In this document: positions 51,445-60,774 of the stretch, piece after piece
Layout of the letters: every line of letters begins with the position of its first letter
How positions within the stretch are numbered: the first letter of the stretch is position 1
Origin: Candidatus Levyibacteriota bacterium
GTDB taxonomy: Bacteria > Patescibacteriota > Microgenomatia > Levybacterales > GWA1-39-11
DNA: 64,000 bases
NCBI GenBank assembly: GCA_039738415.1
Contig: JBCLLY010000005.1
Location: 4,306 to 68,305 of the forward strand
Reading direction: 5' to 3'
The notes under the pieces: generated by a model
The model's database searches: none
Seen by the model: the letters and a program-made list of their open reading frames with translations, nothing else
Told to the model about the DNA's origin: nothing
Made by a program: the position numbers and the translations under genes

Positions 51445-52332
51445 ATGGCTGAAATTACTGTTGTTAAAAGAAATGGGGAGAGTGAGCCTTTTTCAGAGGA
51501 TAAAGTTTTTCGTTCTATGAGGAGGGTTGGAGTTTCTCACGAATTGAGGCATGAGGTGATGAATCATATCCGGGAAAAAATTACCGGTAATGAAATAACT
51601 ACAGATGAAATCTTCCGCCATATATTAGAATTCTTAGAGCCAAGAGACAGGAAATCCTCGCTGCGATTTAATTTACGTCAGTCAATTTTTGATTTGGGTC
51701 CGACCGGATATCCATTTGAGCAGTACTTGGCGAGAATTTTCCGTGACCAGGGATATGAGGTAGAAGTAGGAACTACTATGCAGGGAGACTGTGTAACACA
51801 TGAAATTGATTTACTAATTATGAAAGACAACACCAGGCAAATTGTTGAGGCGAAATTTCATAATTCGCATAACACAAAATCTGATATTCAGACAGCGCTT
51901 TACACATATGCCAGATTTCTAGACGTAAAGCAAAAAAACGATATTGATAATGTTTGGCTTATTACAAATACGAAGCTTTCTCAGGATGCAATAGTTTATA
52001 TGCAGTGTAAAGGAATGCCCGCTATTGCGTGGAATTATCCAAATGAGGGAAATTTACAGGATTTCGTAGAACAGCCGCAAATGTATCCGGTAACAATTCT
52101 TAATTCCCTATCCGATAAAGAAAAACAGCGTTTGGTTGAAAAAGATATAGTTTTGTGCCGTGATTTACTGGAGAGAAAAGATGAAGCATTTGCGGACGTT
52201 CTGATAAATAATGAAAATCTGGAAAGAGCAAAAAATGACGCGCAAATGATCTGCCCCCTTCCGCCTTCGCCCGCCGAAGCTAAAGCTTCTTTGGGCTACG
52301 GCGGACAAAGTCCGCATATTATAAAGCTTTAG
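51445..52332 (+). CDS. ATP-cone domain fused to a PD-(D/E)XK (Mrr-like) restriction-endonuclease domain
   Basis: N-terminal ATP-cone (ITVVKRNGESEPFSEDKVFRSMRRVG). The nuclease core is GYEVEVG...HEIDLLI...IVEAKFH. The last approximately 25 codons lie in repeat copy C. Confidence 0.68.
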   Translation: MAEITVVKRNGESEPFSEDKVFRSMRRVGVSHELRHEVMNHIREKITGNEITTDEIFRHILEFLEPRDRKSSLRFNLRQSIFDLGPTGYPFEQYLARIFRDQGYEVEVGTTMQGDCVTHEIDLLIMKDNTRQIVEAKFHNSHNTKSDIQTALYTYARFLDVKQKNDIDNVWLITNTKLSQDAIVYMQCKGMPAIAWNYPNEGNLQDFVEQPQMYPVTILNSLSDKEKQRLVEKDIVLCRDLLERKDEAFADVLINNENLERAKNDAQMICPLPPSPAEAKASLGYGGQSPHIIKL

Positions 52333-52346
52333 CGAAGGAGGGATTG
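52253..52346 (+). repeat. GC-rich palindromic element, copy C
   Basis: gcccccttccgccttcgcc resembles the tRNA-Ser(UGA) 3' end plus its flank at 45579-45597. It is followed by cgccgaagctaaagcttc...ctacggcggacaaagtccgca...aaagctttagcgaaggaggg. Confidence 0.75.
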
Positions 52347-52401
52347 AAATAATTTTTATAAATTGACGCCGAATTAATTTTTTGGTATCGTAGTGTCAAT
52401 A

Positions 52402-52905
52402 ATGAAACTCTCAAATCTTCTCTTAAAATTTCTTCCGGATGAAATTGCCTATGCACACTGTGACGTTCCATGTGGAATTTACGATCCGTATCTTGCTCAA
52501 GTTGCAGCCTTCACTGTAATTCGAATGACTCAGATGCTTGAAGAGACCTCTGTATCCTCAGCAGAGCCGCCTTTTGATGAAAGAAAGAGATTAATTTCAC
52601 AGATTGCTAGATTAACAAAGGTTAAAGAAGACCATGCTGAAATTGTAAAACATGAAGTAGGAGTTATTTGGGGTGATTATTTTAAGGAAGAGAATATGAA
52701 GGAGGTGCCTGACTTGCACGAGAAAGTATTTAAAATAATGAAACTTTCATCAGCTGTAAAGCAAAACGTTAGTATGGATATAGCAAATAAATTGCTTACA
52801 GCAGTTCAGGAATTTTCAGAAATCTTTTACAAGTCAAAAGGGCTTACAGTTGTAAAAATCCCCTCTGGTTTTCCAACGGGTGGAGAACTCGTTTCTCATA
52901 AATAA
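52402..52905 (+). CDS. sodN: nickel superoxide dismutase precursor
   Basis: The Ni-hook motif HCDVPCGIYDP follows a short leader (…DEIAYA|H). Size is appropriate for SodN. A maturation protease gene is adjacent. Confidence 0.85.
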   Translation: MKLSNLLLKFLPDEIAYAHCDVPCGIYDPYLAQVAAFTVIRMTQMLEETSVSSAEPPFDERKRLISQIARLTKVKEDHAEIVKHEVGVIWGDYFKEENMKEVPDLHEKVFKIMKLSSAVKQNVSMDIANKLLTAVQEFSEIFYKSKGLTVVKIPSGFPTGGELVSHK

Positions 52906-53181
52906 ATGCTTTTTAAAGTATTTAAAATCTCAGGGCACAGTATGATGCCCACTTTTAATCCAGGAGAAACAATAATTGCAAGCTCCATACCTTATTTTTT
53001 TTCAAAACCAAAAATTGGAGACATAATTTTATTTAAGAATAACAACAAAACATTAGTTAAGAGAATAAAAAGAATTATTGACGGTGAATATTACTTGTCA
53101 GGAGATAACATTAACGATAGCTTGGAAGTAGGAGAAATTAAAAGAAAAGAAATTCTTGGGAAAGTGATTATGAAAATTTAG
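52906..53181 (+). CDS. sodX: S26-family Ni-SOD maturation protease (SodX-like)
   Basis: ISGHSMMPTFNPGE is the catalytic-Ser motif of signal peptidase I-type proteases. Length is 91 aa. The gene starts immediately after the sodN stop. Confidence 0.72.
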   Translation: MLFKVFKISGHSMMPTFNPGETIIASSIPYFFSKPKIGDIILFKNNNKTLVKRIKRIIDGEYYLSGDNINDSLEVGEIKRKEILGKVIMKI

Positions 53182-54229
53182 ATTTTAACCTTAAGATTCC
53201 CCAGCGGAGTTTATCCGCGATTTTGTAAAGCTCATACATAGGTTTGTTTATCACTAAATCATAACTTCCTACAAATTCCACGTGGCGGGGATTATATCCC
53301 AATTTAAATTTATGAAATCCGTACCATGGATCGTTCTCATCAGCATCCGGTCCTAGAGAACCCCAAAGGTCGAATTTTTTAAGCCCTAATTTTTTCCCAA
53401 ATTTTATTGCTTCCCACATAATCAAATTTGACGCCATTAAATTCTTATATTTTGTAGTACTTGCGCCATACGGATAGTAAAGTGTTTCTTTAAAAACAAA
53501 AAGAATCCAAGCTGTCAACATTTCATTTTGAAATTTTGCAGTTAACAAGCTTGCAGACAGTTTCTTTCCATTCTCCATTCTCCATTCTCCATTTGTCATT
53601 CTCAACTCTTCCCACATTTTCCTGTGGTAGTTACTTGTGTGGGCATAAAAACCTTGTCTTTTTGTTGTTTCATTTGTTAGTTCTAAATACTTTTTAAATG
53701 CTTTATCTGAATTATCTATTTCTACTTTTACCTGCTTTTTTTCTGCAAGACGAATGTTGTATCTAGTTTTAGAATTAAATTCTTTAAGCAGCTCTTCTTC
53801 TGATTTTTCTAGATTAATTTCAAATGAATATTTTGTAAATAGGGGACGCGCTGCGGGAATTAAGTTGAAAGTTGAAAGTTGAAAGTTGAGAGATTGCTTC
53901 TCCGCCAGCTGGCGGATCGCAATGACGTTAGGTTCGAGTTGAATAAATATGCAGTTTTGACTTTTTCCGATTTTTTCTAATTCTTCAAGAATTTCCTTCG
54001 TTGGCATATTTCCTTTTGGTAAATAGCCAATGGTAAATTTTGTTTTTGGAACTTTGTGAATTGTTAGAGTAAACCCGTCAATTATATTGCCGTTTTCTTC
54101 AATTCCCCGACGAATTACTTTAACTTCAGTTTTTTCACGGAACTCCCCCCACTCAAAGCTTTGAAGCGGATGAAAAATAACATTATTATATTCCTCTCTG
54201 TTTTTTTCAGTTATATCTATAAAGTTCAT
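53168..54229 (-). CDS. FemAB-family peptidoglycan interpeptide-bridge aminoacyltransferase
   Basis: FHPLQSFEWGEF, SKTRYNIRLAEKK and YYPYGAST blocks are typical of FemAB/MurM-type enzymes. Confidence 0.72.
   Translation of the reverse strand: MNFIDITEKNREEYNNVIFHPLQSFEWGEFREKTEVKVIRRGIEENGNIIDGFTLTIHKVPKTKFTIGYLPKGNMPTKEILEELEKIGKSQNCIFIQLEPNVIAIRQLAEKQSLNFQLSTFNLIPAARPLFTKYSFEINLEKSEEELLKEFNSKTRYNIRLAEKKQVKVEIDNSDKAFKKYLELTNETTKRQGFYAHTSNYHRKMWEELRMTNGEWRMENGKKLSASLLTAKFQNEMLTAWILFVFKETLYYPYGASTTKYKNLMASNLIMWEAIKFGKKLGLKKFDLWGSLGPDADENDPWYGFHKFKLGYNPRHVEFVGSYDLVINKPMYELYKIADKLRWGILRLKSKFS
53568..53602. repeat. heptanucleotide tandem repeat inside the femAB-like CDS
   Basis: ccattct x3 perfect (53568-53588), then two degenerate units. 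Encodes ...NGEWRMENG... Confidence 0.85.
53864..53891. repeat. heptanucleotide tandem repeat inside the femAB-like CDS
   Basis: gttgaaa x3 perfect plus gttgaga. Encodes ...LNFQLSTFNL... The palindrome ccgccagctggcgg is adjacent. Confidence 0.85.
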
Positions 54230-56061
54230 AAAAAATCTGGTGAGCCTGCATCAAACGAAATATTGTTCATTTCGCGTACCTCCTCCGGTAGTTCAAAAAT
54301 AAATCTAGATGGGGTTGAATTTGAGCGCTGACCAAAAATTGTCCTTTCTTTTACATATGTTAAGTATAAATGATCTTTTGCCCGGGTTATTCCTACATAG
54401 CAAAGACGTCTTTCCTCCTCAACGTCTGAGATACTAAATAAAGACTTACTGTGTGGAAAAATTCCCTCTTCCATTCCGACTAAAAATATCACACGAAATT
54501 CCAGTCCTTTTGCAGCGTGCAGAGTCATAAGAGTTATCGCATCATTTGGGTCTCCCTGTTTTTGGTCCGGTAAGTACTCTGCTTCAACGAGTGCTACATT
54601 TTCTAAAAATTGAATAAGATTAGGAAATTCTATAGCAACAGACCGGAGTTCTTTTATATTTTCAAGTCTCCCTAAATCTTCCAAATCATTTTCATCATAT
54701 TTTTCTAAATATGTAGTTTCTTTGAGAACTTCGTCTAGAATATCAATTGTTGTTTTGGCTTCTACATAATTATTCTTATTGAATTCTTTTTGATACTTTT
54801 CAAATAATTTTAATTTTCTTTTCCCTACTTTTTCAAGTCTTTTAACAGCAATTTTATCTTTCGGATTTGATAGAAGACTTAAATAAGAAAGAACATCTTT
54901 TACTTCGCGTCTATCGTAAAAACGAACACCTCCCACTAGCTTGTAGAGAACTCCCAGATGAAGAAACACTTCCTCAATTGTCCTGGATTGGGCATTCATC
55001 CGGTATAAAACTGCAACATCGGAGAGTTTTAGAGTTGGATCATTATCCTGCAAGACTTTTATTTTTGTAATGATATATTCTGCCTCACGGTGTCCGTCGT
55101 TTGCTTCGTGAATAACCAAATCCGAACCGGCCCCGTTTTCTGTCCAGAGTTTTAAAATAGGATGTAGGGAATTATTCGCAATTATCGAATACGCGGCGCT
55201 TAAGATAGATTGAGTAGAGCGGTAATTTTGGGAAAGGCTAAAAGTTTTTGCATCTGGAAAGTCCTTTTTAAATTTTTCAAGATTTCTAAAGTCAGCGCCC
55301 CGGAAGCTATAAATACTTTGAGAAAAATCACCGACGATACAAATATTTTTATATTTTCCGCCCAAAAGTTTTGTAAGCTGATACTGTGCGTGATTTGTAT
55401 CCTGGTATTCATCTATAAGAATATATTTGAAAGAGTTTTGGTAAAAAGATAAAGTATTTGCGTCTTTCCTGAGAAGCTTGATGGTTTTTAATAATAAGTC
55501 GTCAAAATCCAGAGCGTTATATTCTGCAAGCATTCCTTCATATACGGGGTAAATGTTTGCGACAAATTCCTGAAAATATCCCTTGGCAAAATCGCTGTAA
55601 GTATTTGCATCTATCATTTGATTTTTTGCGGACGAAATTGTCTCAAGGACTGCTTTTGGGCGGGCTTGTTTGGGGTCTATATCCAGTAGACTAAGACATT
55701 CTTTAATTGTTGAGAGCTGGTCTTGAGTATCATAAATAACAAAATTGTGAGCAATTCCAATATTTACTCCATGACGCCTTAAAATTCTTGCGCAAAGAGA
55801 GTGAAAGGTGCTGACTGTTGGGAGAACCGGACTATCTAGAGCTGCTTCCATACGCTCCTTCATTGCTCCTGCAGCTTTATTGGAAAAAGTCATCATAAGA
55901 ATTTCAGTTGGATCAAGTCCTTTTTCTTGAATCAAATATAAGACTTTATGTATAAGAACCCTTGTCTTTCCGCTTCCCGCCCCAGCCAAAATTATCATAG
56001 GTCCTTGCGTGTACAAAACTGCATCTTGCTGGTCTTTATTTAGTTGATTGAGAATGTCCAT
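54226..56061 (-). CDS. UvrD/PcrA-family superfamily-1 DNA helicase (compact, 611 aa)
   Basis: Walker A AGAGSGKTRVL, motif II ILIDEYQDTN, and later helicase motifs (LHAAKGLEF, VGITRAK). Confidence 0.85.
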   Translation of the reverse strand: MDILNQLNKDQQDAVLYTQGPMIILAGAGSGKTRVLIHKVLYLIQEKGLDPTEILMMTFSNKAAGAMKERMEAALDSPVLPTVSTFHSLCARILRRHGVNIGIAHNFVIYDTQDQLSTIKECLSLLDIDPKQARPKAVLETISSAKNQMIDANTYSDFAKGYFQEFVANIYPVYEGMLAEYNALDFDDLLLKTIKLLRKDANTLSFYQNSFKYILIDEYQDTNHAQYQLTKLLGGKYKNICIVGDFSQSIYSFRGADFRNLEKFKKDFPDAKTFSLSQNYRSTQSILSAAYSIIANNSLHPILKLWTENGAGSDLVIHEANDGHREAEYIITKIKVLQDNDPTLKLSDVAVLYRMNAQSRTIEEVFLHLGVLYKLVGGVRFYDRREVKDVLSYLSLLSNPKDKIAVKRLEKVGKRKLKLFEKYQKEFNKNNYVEAKTTIDILDEVLKETTYLEKYDENDLEDLGRLENIKELRSVAIEFPNLIQFLENVALVEAEYLPDQKQGDPNDAITLMTLHAAKGLEFRVIFLVGMEEGIFPHSKSLFSISDVEEERRLCYVGITRAKDHLYLTYVKERTIFGQRSNSTPSRFIFELPEEVREMNNISFDAGSPDFL

Positions 56062-56109
56062 TGTTAGTTGCTATACTATGTAATTATAACGTAGATTCAT
56101 TGTCTTTCT

Positions 56110-56772
56110 ATGGATAAAAAATTAATTATAGCCAACTGGAAATCTTACAAAAATATTTCTGACGCAAATGATTTTATTGTGGAGTTATCTGGAAATATTA
56201 ACAAAATTAACCTTGAGAATAAAGAAATAGTTCTTGCCCCCTCTTTTCAATTACTACATCTTTGTAAAAATTTAATTGAAAAATATAATCTTCCGGTTCA
56301 ACTTTGTGCACAAGACGTCTCGCCTTTTGGTGAGGGAGCCTATACGGGTGCGGTCAATGCCAGTCAAATTAAAGAGTTTTGCGATATGGTTATAATTGGT
56401 CACTCTGAAAGAAGGGAATTTTTTAACGAGAGCGATGAAGTTTTAAATAAAAAAGTAGAGGAGGCTAAAAAAAACAATCAAAGGATAGTTTATTGCGTCC
56501 AAAATGAAATACAGAATATCCCTTCAGGTGTAGATGTTGTTGCATTTGAGCCCCCTACTGCAATTGGAACAGGTAATCCTGACAATCCAGAACATATAGA
56601 AAAGGTTTTTACGCAACTGGGCAAGAGATTTTCCGGGAAAATATTATATGGGGGAAGTATAGAGTCTGATAACGTCAGAGACTATATTCATATTAATTCG
56701 TGCGCAGGTCTTCTAATAGGAGGTGCTAGTCTGGAGGCAAAGTCTTTTATAGAAATTCTTTCACAATGGTAA
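56110..56772 (+). CDS. tpiA: triose-phosphate isomerase
   Basis: IANWK, IIGHSERR, AFEPPTAIGTG and ILYGGSI, the canonical TIM motifs. Confidence 0.9.
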   Translation: MDKKLIIANWKSYKNISDANDFIVELSGNINKINLENKEIVLAPSFQLLHLCKNLIEKYNLPVQLCAQDVSPFGEGAYTGAVNASQIKEFCDMVIIGHSERREFFNESDEVLNKKVEEAKKNNQRIVYCVQNEIQNIPSGVDVVAFEPPTAIGTGNPDNPEHIEKVFTQLGKRFSGKILYGGSIESDNVRDYIHINSCAGLLIGGASLEAKSFIEILSQW

Positions 56773-57935
56773 AAATAAGACGCTTAGATTCAAAAAAAAA
56801 CTTACAAAAATATAAATATTATTTGCTTGCAGGAGTAATGGTATTAATATTAATTGGAGTTTTCCAAGTTCAATTTCGCCAAATAGGCACATTTTTATTT
56901 GGAGTAACTATTGACAGAACAATTGATCTTCTAACTAAAAAAGAGTCTTTTAATATTTTACTGTTGGGAATAGCGGGAGGAGGACACGATGGTCCGAAAT
57001 TGACCGATACAATAATTCTTGCAAACGTAAATATTGATCAAAATAAAGTACATATGTTTTCAGTCCCAAGAGACCTATGGGTTCCGCCACTTGAGAGAAA
57101 AATTAACAGCGTCTATGCCATTGGTGAGAAAGAGGGAAAAGGGATAGAACTGTCACGAAGTGCAATTGAGGATTTAACAGGACAAAAAGTTGATTATGTT
57201 TTGGTCTTAGATTTTCAAGGGTTTACTAAAATAATTGATTACCTGGGAGGAATTGACGTAAGGGTTGAGAATTCATTTATAGACAAGCAGTATCCAATTA
57301 CCGGTAAAGAAGAGGATATATGTGGAAAATCAGAGGAAGAGTTTGAAGCTTTAGCAACCGCAGCGTCTCAGCTTGACGCATTTCCATGCCGGTACAAAAC
57401 TATAGCTTTTGAAAGAGGGATTCAAAAAATGAATGGTGAGACAGCGCTTGAATTTGTAAGAAGCAGACACGGCACAAGTGGTGAGGGAAGCGACTTTGCG
57501 AGAAGTAAACGCCAGCAGGTGATAATTGCTGCTTTAAGGGAAAAAGTATTTTCGCTTGGGGTGATATTAAATCCTGTGAAATTGTTAGGGATTTACAATA
57601 TTTTAACCGATAACATCAATACGGATATCGATACGGAAAAAATTGATGACTTCGTAAAGCTTGCTGACAAGATGAAGGATGGACAAATAAAAAGTTATGT
57701 AATTGATGATGGGAACAAAGCGGATGAAAGATGGGGTCTTTTAATAAATCCTCCGATTTCAAAGGATTACGGATTCCAATACGTATTAATACCAAGGAAG
57801 GGAATAGGTAATTATTCCGAGATTCACGAATATGTTCAATGCATAATGGATGGAAAAGATTGCTTGATTGGGCAGGAGCAGTTAATTATTGAAACAATTA
57901 CTCCATCCAAAACTGAAAATAATACTGCTAATTAA
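56766..57935 (+). CDS. LytR-CpsA-Psr (LCP) family protein
   Basis: N-terminal TM helix, then NILLLGIAGGGHDGPKLTDTIILANVN, FSVPRDLWV and ALEFVRSRHG. Confidence 0.8.
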   Translation: MVKIRRLDSKKNLQKYKYYLLAGVMVLILIGVFQVQFRQIGTFLFGVTIDRTIDLLTKKESFNILLLGIAGGGHDGPKLTDTIILANVNIDQNKVHMFSVPRDLWVPPLERKINSVYAIGEKEGKGIELSRSAIEDLTGQKVDYVLVLDFQGFTKIIDYLGGIDVRVENSFIDKQYPITGKEEDICGKSEEEFEALATAASQLDAFPCRYKTIAFERGIQKMNGETALEFVRSRHGTSGEGSDFARSKRQQVIIAALREKVFSLGVILNPVKLLGIYNILTDNINTDIDTEKIDDFVKLADKMKDGQIKSYVIDDGNKADERWGLLINPPISKDYGFQYVLIPRKGIGNYSEIHEYVQCIMDGKDCLIGQEQLIIETITPSKTENNTAN

Positions 57936-60064
57936 TTTATCTCATAAATCCGAGTAGTTCCATTTTCATAAACAATATCTCCAAGACTATCAAATTTTGA
58001 CTCATCTAAATTGGTATATTTTTCCCTTTCCAGTTTTCCGATAAAGACGTATTGGACATTATATTTATCTATAATTTCTTGTGTTTTTGATAAGCCGTCT
58101 TCGTATAGTGCGCGTACTTCGTCAATTCGTGGTTCCGGCACGGAGTAGTCTCCCCGCCAAAGCCATTGGTGTACTGTCCATCCCAGAATAGTTGGAAGAC
58201 CTGTATTTGAAGAAACGCGCGCATAGTCCGTATACGAGTCACCTTGAGCTTCGGCAATAACCGGTTGTCCTTTTATGTTTTCATTTATCCACAGAATTGC
58301 TCCATAGTCTTCCGGATATCTGAACTCTAGATACTTTATACCATTTAGTCCCTGATAGCGCTCTGGCTTTATTTCCCCAAAATAGGATTTAACTGAAAAA
58401 TATGGATAAATTAAGACGAGTCCTAAAAGTGATGTAAAAAGTGGTATCAGTATCCACTTATTCCAGTATTTGAGCAAGAACACAATAGCAAATCCGCTAG
58501 CTAGTGAAAACATTATAAATGCTTGATATCCAAGCTTAAACATAGTATTTGCTCTGTAATGTGCCGGGTAGATATCTTTTACATAAAGAAATTCAGGAAT
58601 AAGAATAAGAACTGAAGCAAAAAAGAATAAAATCAGGTAGAAAACAATAGGTTTTTTTGTAAGAATTTTTTTTCCTCTAGCTAATAAATAAGAAATGAAA
58701 ATTAACAAAGTAATATAAAAGAATCCCCAAAGAATTAGTAGTTGATATAAAGGAGATCTTTGACAATGATCTGCTTCAAACAGAAAAGGCCCGAAAGTTT
58801 TTCCCTCTAAAAATTCCGGAGCACAAAGAAATCCTACACCTGTAGCAAAAGGTTTAAAGTAAATGTTAAATGGAAGAGTAAAAAGAAAAAATCCAAATCC
58901 CAGAATTGCAATCCCAATCCCTGAATTTAGTACAAAACGTCTCACTTTTTTTGATTGAAGGATTTTTTTAAACTTTAATTTTGAAAGAAAATGTAAATTT
59001 TTAATTAAAATAACCATTACTATTAGCCCTGAATAAATAATTCCATCCCAAGCGTTTGTCATATACATAACCGCAGTTAAAAAAGAAAAAAGAAAAATAT
59101 CAATCTTTTCAATCCGCTTTTTCTTAATGAGAATATATGTTACTGAAAGAGATAGTAGAACAATTGGAATATCTAGAACGTGACCATGAAGATCTGATAC
59201 TACAAATGAATAAGAGGGAAATTCGTGAATTGTGTTTTGTATAAAGCGGGTTGCATTTGGGTACCAATATCCCAATCCGAATTGATCCAGCGGTAGAGGT
59301 TTTAATACCCAGAATGGTACAGGATTTTCACCTGTATAACTTTGGAAAAAAGCATAAACAGTGTGAAGGTTCCCCCCCATTGTAGCCAGCAATGCTGAAA
59401 GAATTCCGGCAAAAAAGCTTGTTTTTATTTTCTTGAAAAAATCAAATGCTACTGAGAATACTAAGGAAAAACTTCCTACGAGGGTAAAAGCAAAAATTGT
59501 AGCAATCATAATATTGTATGTTATGTATGAATGAATTCCCGTAAGCTTTGTCAGAAAGGCTGTTTGAAGATGACCGAAATAGTAATAATTTATAGACTCA
59601 GGAGCAAACCACATATCTGCTGCCGGAAAGTAGTTGGTTCTTAAGACTGAATTTATAAAACCAAAATCCATAAATTTTTCCAGACCATTTATATCAGGCT
59701 GAAAGCCCTTTATATATGACCAAAAGAGTAACGCAACAAGAAATAACAATTCTTCAAAAACCCAAATTCGCCTGGTTTTTTTATCCGGCAGTTTAGGCAT
59801 TTTAAAACGGAAGAAAAAGAGTAAAATCGCAACGTAAATAAAAATTAATAAAAGAATTGAGGAGATATTGAATGGAAGGATATGCAGCGTCCCCATGACA
59901 AACAATACGTATGAAAATAAAATAAGACTTATTACCTTTGAAAAAATATATCCTTTATCAATCAACTGGGAAAAAATTCTAGTTGTAATCGGTAGCAATA
60001 ATATTCCCAGAATTAGAAATACAAACCAAAATTTTATGATAAGTCCTAAATCAAAAAAATACAT
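57932..60064 (-). CDS. DUF2298 / YYY-motif polytopic membrane protein (GT-C-like)
   Basis: 710 aa with many TM helices, the INYYYFGH motif and a soluble C-terminal domain. Confidence 0.68.
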   Translation of the reverse strand: MYFFDLGLIIKFWFVFLILGILLLPITTRIFSQLIDKGYIFSKVISLILFSYVLFVMGTLHILPFNISSILLLIFIYVAILLFFFRFKMPKLPDKKTRRIWVFEELLFLVALLFWSYIKGFQPDINGLEKFMDFGFINSVLRTNYFPAADMWFAPESINYYYFGHLQTAFLTKLTGIHSYITYNIMIATIFAFTLVGSFSLVFSVAFDFFKKIKTSFFAGILSALLATMGGNLHTVYAFFQSYTGENPVPFWVLKPLPLDQFGLGYWYPNATRFIQNTIHEFPSYSFVVSDLHGHVLDIPIVLLSLSVTYILIKKKRIEKIDIFLFSFLTAVMYMTNAWDGIIYSGLIVMVILIKNLHFLSKLKFKKILQSKKVRRFVLNSGIGIAILGFGFFLFTLPFNIYFKPFATGVGFLCAPEFLEGKTFGPFLFEADHCQRSPLYQLLILWGFFYITLLIFISYLLARGKKILTKKPIVFYLILFFFASVLILIPEFLYVKDIYPAHYRANTMFKLGYQAFIMFSLASGFAIVFLLKYWNKWILIPLFTSLLGLVLIYPYFSVKSYFGEIKPERYQGLNGIKYLEFRYPEDYGAILWINENIKGQPVIAEAQGDSYTDYARVSSNTGLPTILGWTVHQWLWRGDYSVPEPRIDEVRALYEDGLSKTQEIIDKYNVQYVFIGKLEREKYTNLDESKFDSLGDIVYENGTTRIYEIN

Positions 60065-60066
60065 AT

Positions 60067-60774
60067 TTATAAATATTTTGTATAAAGTTCTTTAATACTT
60101 TTTATTATTTTAATATTTTTTGGAAGAGATTTATACCCGTGTTTTTTATTATCAGTAAGCCAAAAAAATGTATTCTCAGGAAGTTTTTTTGAAAGGTAAA
60201 CTAACAGGTCCAAATCGTCATCAATATAGTGAGAAATACCCTTTTTTATAATCACCCTTTCTTTAAATATGTGGGGTTGAATATTGTTAAAATTAAAATG
60301 AATTCCGTTAAAGTCGTTTTTCATTTTATTTTTATCCAGCCAGCTGTTAGTTTTCTCCTTTAAAAAACCAAATCTGCTGGAAATTAGATAAAGCTCACAT
60401 TTTGTTTTTTTATTTATCTCTCTAAGAGATTTAATATTATTTTTTATGGGGGGGCGGAATATATAATTGTGGGAAATTATTCTTATTTTTTGCTCAAAAA
60501 GACCCGGAATTCTATACTTGAGTTTGAAATTATCAGCGCTTTTCTCTTTTTTTATTGCAAAGCTTCCTTTATAGAGAAAATCAATTAATTTGTCAGGAAT
60601 TATCGGCGGGTAACTAACGAAAACTTTATCAAAATCAAACCCAATGCGGAATGTAGAAGGATTATTTATAAGTGTTTTCGTATCATTCCGGACTCGATCC
60701 TGAATCTTTGCGGATCCTGAATCAAGTTCAGGATGACGGGGTGGGGAATAGTGAGATCTTCTTTTTATAGCCAT
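60067..60774 (-). CDS. hypothetical protein, HAD-like DxD start motif; N-terminus doubtful
   Basis: IGFDFDKVF resembles HAD motif I. The first approximately 30 codons (…HPELDSGSAKIQDRVRNDT) are translated from repeat copy C of the two-hairpin element, so the true start is probably downstream. Confidence 0.45.
   Translation of the reverse strand: MAIKRRSHYSPPRHPELDSGSAKIQDRVRNDTKTLINNPSTFRIGFDFDKVFVSYPPIIPDKLIDFLYKGSFAIKKEKSADNFKLKYRIPGLFEQKIRIISHNYIFRPPIKNNIKSLREINKKTKCELYLISSRFGFLKEKTNSWLDKNKMKNDFNGIHFNFNNIQPHIFKERVIIKKGISHYIDDDLDLLVYLSKKLPENTFFWLTDNKKHGYKSLPKNIKIIKSIKELYTKYL
60682..60737 (+). repeat. structured palindromic element, copy C (degenerate, no outer stem)
   Basis: atcattccggactcgatcctgaatc...ggatcctgaatcaagttcaggatgac. 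The second hairpin atcctgaa/ttcaggat is intact and the first is decayed. Confidence 0.65.
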
